Positions 28,442 to 31,306 of a stretch of DNA of 31,306 nucleotides are shown here, piece by piece. The DNA lies in the NCBI GenBank assembly GCA_964005815.1, contig CAXFSR010000047.1:1-31306 (forward strand), read 5' to 3'. Within the stretch, counting starts at the first letter, position 1. Every line of letters begins with the position of its first letter. This DNA is from an uncultured Nitrospinaceae bacterium (GTDB taxonomy: Bacteria > UBA8248). Both the position numbers and the translations under genes were made by a program. The notes under the pieces were generated by a model. That model was not told the origin of the DNA. It did no database searches and saw only the letters and a program-made list of their open reading frames with translations.

Positions 28442-29923
28442 TTGGATAATCATTCTGAGAAAAGCGATATACAAAAGAGAAACTGGGATGATTTTTTTTC
28501 ACATAATTTTTCGCCTCGTCTTTTTTCTAGTATTGTGTTTTCGTTTTTTCTTTTACTCATTTCAATGAATCTTATAGAAAATGAGAATACATTTTCTCAA
28601 CAGTTCCTTGCATCTTGTATACTTTTTGTTTGTTTTCTTCCTTTCATTATATGGACTTTTGGGAGTAATGTTCGGATACCAGCTTTCCCTTTTATGGTCC
28701 TTTTGTATGCTGTTTTTTTCTCACTTCCTGTTTTCTTGCTTCCGAAAATAAGTATCCATTTTAATCAACCACGTTTTGATGATTCTTTGATAGAAGAATC
28801 ATTGTGGATCGTTTTGATTGGAGTGATATCAATGTGTGTAGCTTATTATTTTCCTTTGCCAAAGAATATTTCTCAGAATATTCCGCATCTGAAGATAGAA
28901 TGGAAAAATGAAAGGAAACTTTCAAAACTCTTTATTTTTTTAGGCGTCGTAGGTATTTTTTCTTTTTTTGCAAATAGAAATTTCTCGATTCCATTACAAT
29001 TCAAAATGGTCGTAAATATTCTCACAGATTTGTCTATGTGTTCCATTATATTCCTTTATGCATTAATTCTTTCAAAGAAACGGAAAGAGATGTCTAGTGG
29101 TCTGTCTTTTTTAATTTTAATCAGTTTTTTTTCATTTTTTATTATTAGATTTGTAATAGCAATTGGTAATCAGAGTGTTGGCGAGGTAGCAAGATTAGTT
29201 CTTCCCATTTCTCTTCTATATATTTGTTTTTTGAAGAAATTCCCTTGGTTATTTATTATCTCAGGATTAATACTTTATGTGATTATACGTCCCTATAAAG
29301 GAGCCCACTTCGAAGAAGGACTCTTTGATTATCAAGTTTATGGAGTTCTTTATGATTTCTTTATATTTGCCAGTGGAGCTATAGAACGATTTGTAGATAA
29401 AGGAATGGGTTTTGTAGAAGATTTGAGACAGTCTTGGTATCGATTATCTCAACTCTCAATATTAATTTATGTATTGGAATTTACACCTAATCCTATTCCA
29501 TTTTGGGAAGGGGAGACTTATTCAGCATTTTTTACAAAAATAATCCCAAGATTTCTTTATCCGGATAAGCCTATTGATATCTACGCTTTTGAATTTGGAA
29601 ATCGTTATGAGTTGGTGAGATCGGAAGATTTTCATACTTCGGTAAGACTTCCTATTTTAACTGAGTTTTTTATCAATTTTGGTAAGACTGGAGTTTACTC
29701 AGGAATGTTTCTTGTCGGTCTTTTTTTCCGTTTTTTCGACAAACTTTTTATGCATTCTCGATTTGGTCTTGGGGAAATTGTCATTTTTACATTTTTATGG
29801 GTGAAGATGTTTAATCCTGAGCAACATTTAAACTCTTCGATAGGCTCTCTCTTTTTATATGTGCCATTCTGCTTCTTTTTACATCTTGTTGTAAAATCTT
29901 TTGATGTGAAAAAATCTGTGTAA
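28442..29923 (+). CDS. Wzy-like O-antigen polymerase
   Basis: About 11-12 TM segments with a large loop 'FWEGETY...IIPRFLYPDKP...EFFINFG'. TTG start with AGGTG SD. Confidence 0.7.
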   Translation: MDNHSEKSDIQKRNWDDFFSHNFSPRLFSSIVFSFFLLLISMNLIENENTFSQQFLASCILFVCFLPFIIWTFGSNVRIPAFPFMVLLYAVFFSLPVFLLPKISIHFNQPRFDDSLIEESLWIVLIGVISMCVAYYFPLPKNISQNIPHLKIEWKNERKLSKLFIFLGVVGIFSFFANRNFSIPLQFKMVVNILTDLSMCSIIFLYALILSKKRKEMSSGLSFLILISFFSFFIIRFVIAIGNQSVGEVARLVLPISLLYICFLKKFPWLFIISGLILYVIIRPYKGAHFEEGLFDYQVYGVLYDFFIFASGAIERFVDKGMGFVEDLRQSWYRLSQLSILIYVLEFTPNPIPFWEGETYSAFFTKIIPRFLYPDKPIDIYAFEFGNRYELVRSEDFHTSVRLPILTEFFINFGKTGVYSGMFLVGLFFRFFDKLFMHSRFGLGEIVIFTFLWVKMFNPEQHLNSSIGSLFLYVPFCFFLHLVVKSFDVKKSV

Positions 29924-29982
29924 ATTAAGGATTTTTTTTGAATGTGTATTTGTGTATTCATAAAACTTAATCGAGATATAGA

Positions 29983-31306
29983 ATGGATATAATTTATTTT
30001 CTCATCATTTCCTCTGTTGCTTATTCAATAGGAAGACGCTATTTCTTAAATTTTTTTCGGTTTGAAATATCTTTAAATTCGATAGAATATTTTGTAGTTT
30101 CTAGCGTTTTTGGTTTTGCAATAATATCCCATCTGATAATGGTTTTAGGGATTTTTGGAGTTTTGAGAAAAGATGTTTTAGTTTGGAGTTTTCTTATCCT
30201 TTTTATTGTCTGTATTGCAGATATATACAAATTATTGAGAAAGCTTTTCTTTTTTCTGTTGAAAATATCAGAAAATAAATTGTCTCCTTTAGAAAAATCT
30301 TTAGTTGTTATTTTGTTTCTTGTATCGTTATTCGTTTTGTTGGTAGGCACAGCACCTTTAACTGGTTCAGATGCATTGCAAACCTATTTTAGCATTCCTA
30401 AAATGTATGCAAATGCTAATAGTATTTTTCCAACATATTGGTCGGATGTAGCTTTTAAAATGACAGTTCCGCATCATTTAACTCTCCTCGGACTTGTCTT
30501 AAGTTCCCAGAAATTATCTTTGGGTATCAATGTTTTTGGTGGGTTTCTTTCGGTACTTGCTATATATATTTTATCTTCTCGAATGCTTTCTAGACAACAC
30601 AGTTTATTTTTAGTTCTGTTTTTTATTTGTACCCCAATGATTTTCTGGCAGATTTTTTCAGGAAGCGGTGATATATGGACAGTTGTCTGTTTTGTTCTAT
30701 CTCTTCATTTTTATATGAATTGGCTAGAAAGAGATCAAGAAAACTTCTTATACCTTGCTGCATTTTTATCTGGGATAGCAGCTTCTGTGAAATATACTCT
30801 TTTAATTTCTCCTTTGATTTTATGTTTTTTCTTTATTGGACATTATTTAATAAAAGCTAGGAGTGTGAATGGCCTCTTTTTAAGATTTTTAAAATTTTCA
30901 TTCTTTGTATTCCTTGGAGCCTTTCCACCTTTTCTGAGAAATTTGTTTTGGTCGGGAGACCCGATATATCCTTTATTTACTAAACTTTTTCATGCGGGAA
31001 GTTATAGTCGTGATTTTGTAGATATTGGAAGTGCAGGAGGTTATTCATCTTCATTTTCTGATCTTTTTTTGTTCCCCTTTAAAATGATTTTAGATGGAGA
31101 GAAGTACGGAGACGGACATTTTTTTGGAATTATAATCCTTTCATTTTTGCCATTGATTTTTTTATTTCATTTCAAAGGTAAAGCAAAATTTCTTCTAAGT
31201 TTTTCTATCGTTTTTTTTCTTTTAATGTTTTATGCAGCTCAACTAGCTAGATATTTGTTACCCATCTTCCCGATATTATTAATTTTGTCAGTTAGTTCAT
31301 TAATTA
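29983..31306 (+). CDS. GT-C fold membrane glycosyltransferase (ArnT/PMT-like), 3'-truncated by the window edge
   Basis: Not in the ORF track. Manual translation from ATG 29983 (MDIIYFLIISS...) is open to the end. It is polytopic, with 'APLTGSDALQTY...P', 'AASVKYT', 'RNLFWSGDPIYP' and 'ARYLLP'. Confidence 0.75.
   Translation, partial: MDIIYFLIISSVAYSIGRRYFLNFFRFEISLNSIEYFVVSSVFGFAIISHLIMVLGIFGVLRKDVLVWSFLILFIVCIADIYKLLRKLFFFLLKISENKLSPLEKSLVVILFLVSLFVLLVGTAPLTGSDALQTYFSIPKMYANANSIFPTYWSDVAFKMTVPHHLTLLGLVLSSQKLSLGINVFGGFLSVLAIYILSSRMLSRQHSLFLVLFFICTPMIFWQIFSGSGDIWTVVCFVLSLHFYMNWLERDQENFLYLAAFLSGIAASVKYTLLISPLILCFFFIGHYLIKARSVNGLFLRFLKFSFFVFLGAFPPFLRNLFWSGDPIYPLFTKLFHAGSYSRDFVDIGSAGGYSSSFSDLFLFPFKMILDGEKYGDGHFFGIIILSFLPLIFLFHFKGKAKFLLSFSIVFFLLMFYAAQLARYLLPIFPILLILSVSSLI

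Noticed and set aside
26854..30860. ORFs 26854..27450, 27493..27813, 28147..28404, 29695..29961, 30039..30350 and 30675..30860
   Set aside because: Antisense or out-of-frame overlaps of the wzz-like, wzy-like and GT-C genes.
1..31306. tRNA, rRNA, CRISPR, IS elements, integron attC sites or defence systems
   Set aside because: The largest non-coding gap is about 170 bp, and I saw no repeat-spacer pattern, cloverleaf, transposase or integrase motif.

Overview
This is a very AT-rich bacterial window that is almost fully coding, with about 28 genes. Most of it is a mosaic surface-polysaccharide (O-antigen/capsule-type) locus. It encodes a Wzx flippase, Wzy-like and Wzz-like proteins, GT2, GT4 and CgeB-type glycosyltransferases, a GT-C membrane transferase, WecB, four extended-SDR sugar epimerases/dehydratases, several oxidoreductases, a SAM methyltransferase, a NUDIX hydrolase and an amidohydrolase. 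The genes lie in six blocks of alternating orientation, interrupted by two housekeeping-type genes (nth and an IsdG-like monooxygenase). The ORF track missed two edge-truncated genes: a nucleotidyltransferase/TMPK-like fusion (1..1272, -) and a GT-C protein (29983..31306, +). The clearest anomaly is a CgeB-type glycosyltransferase broken by one in-frame TAA at 1932-1934. Other leads are a methyltransferase-like plus pseudokinase protein, tandem paralogous membrane proteins with wHTH-like tails, an 11-bp direct repeat bracketing the amidohydrolase gene, and an Nth with atypical Fe-S cysteine spacing. I saw no RNA genes, CRISPR arrays, transposases or integrases. All family calls come from motif recognition by eye, with no database search.
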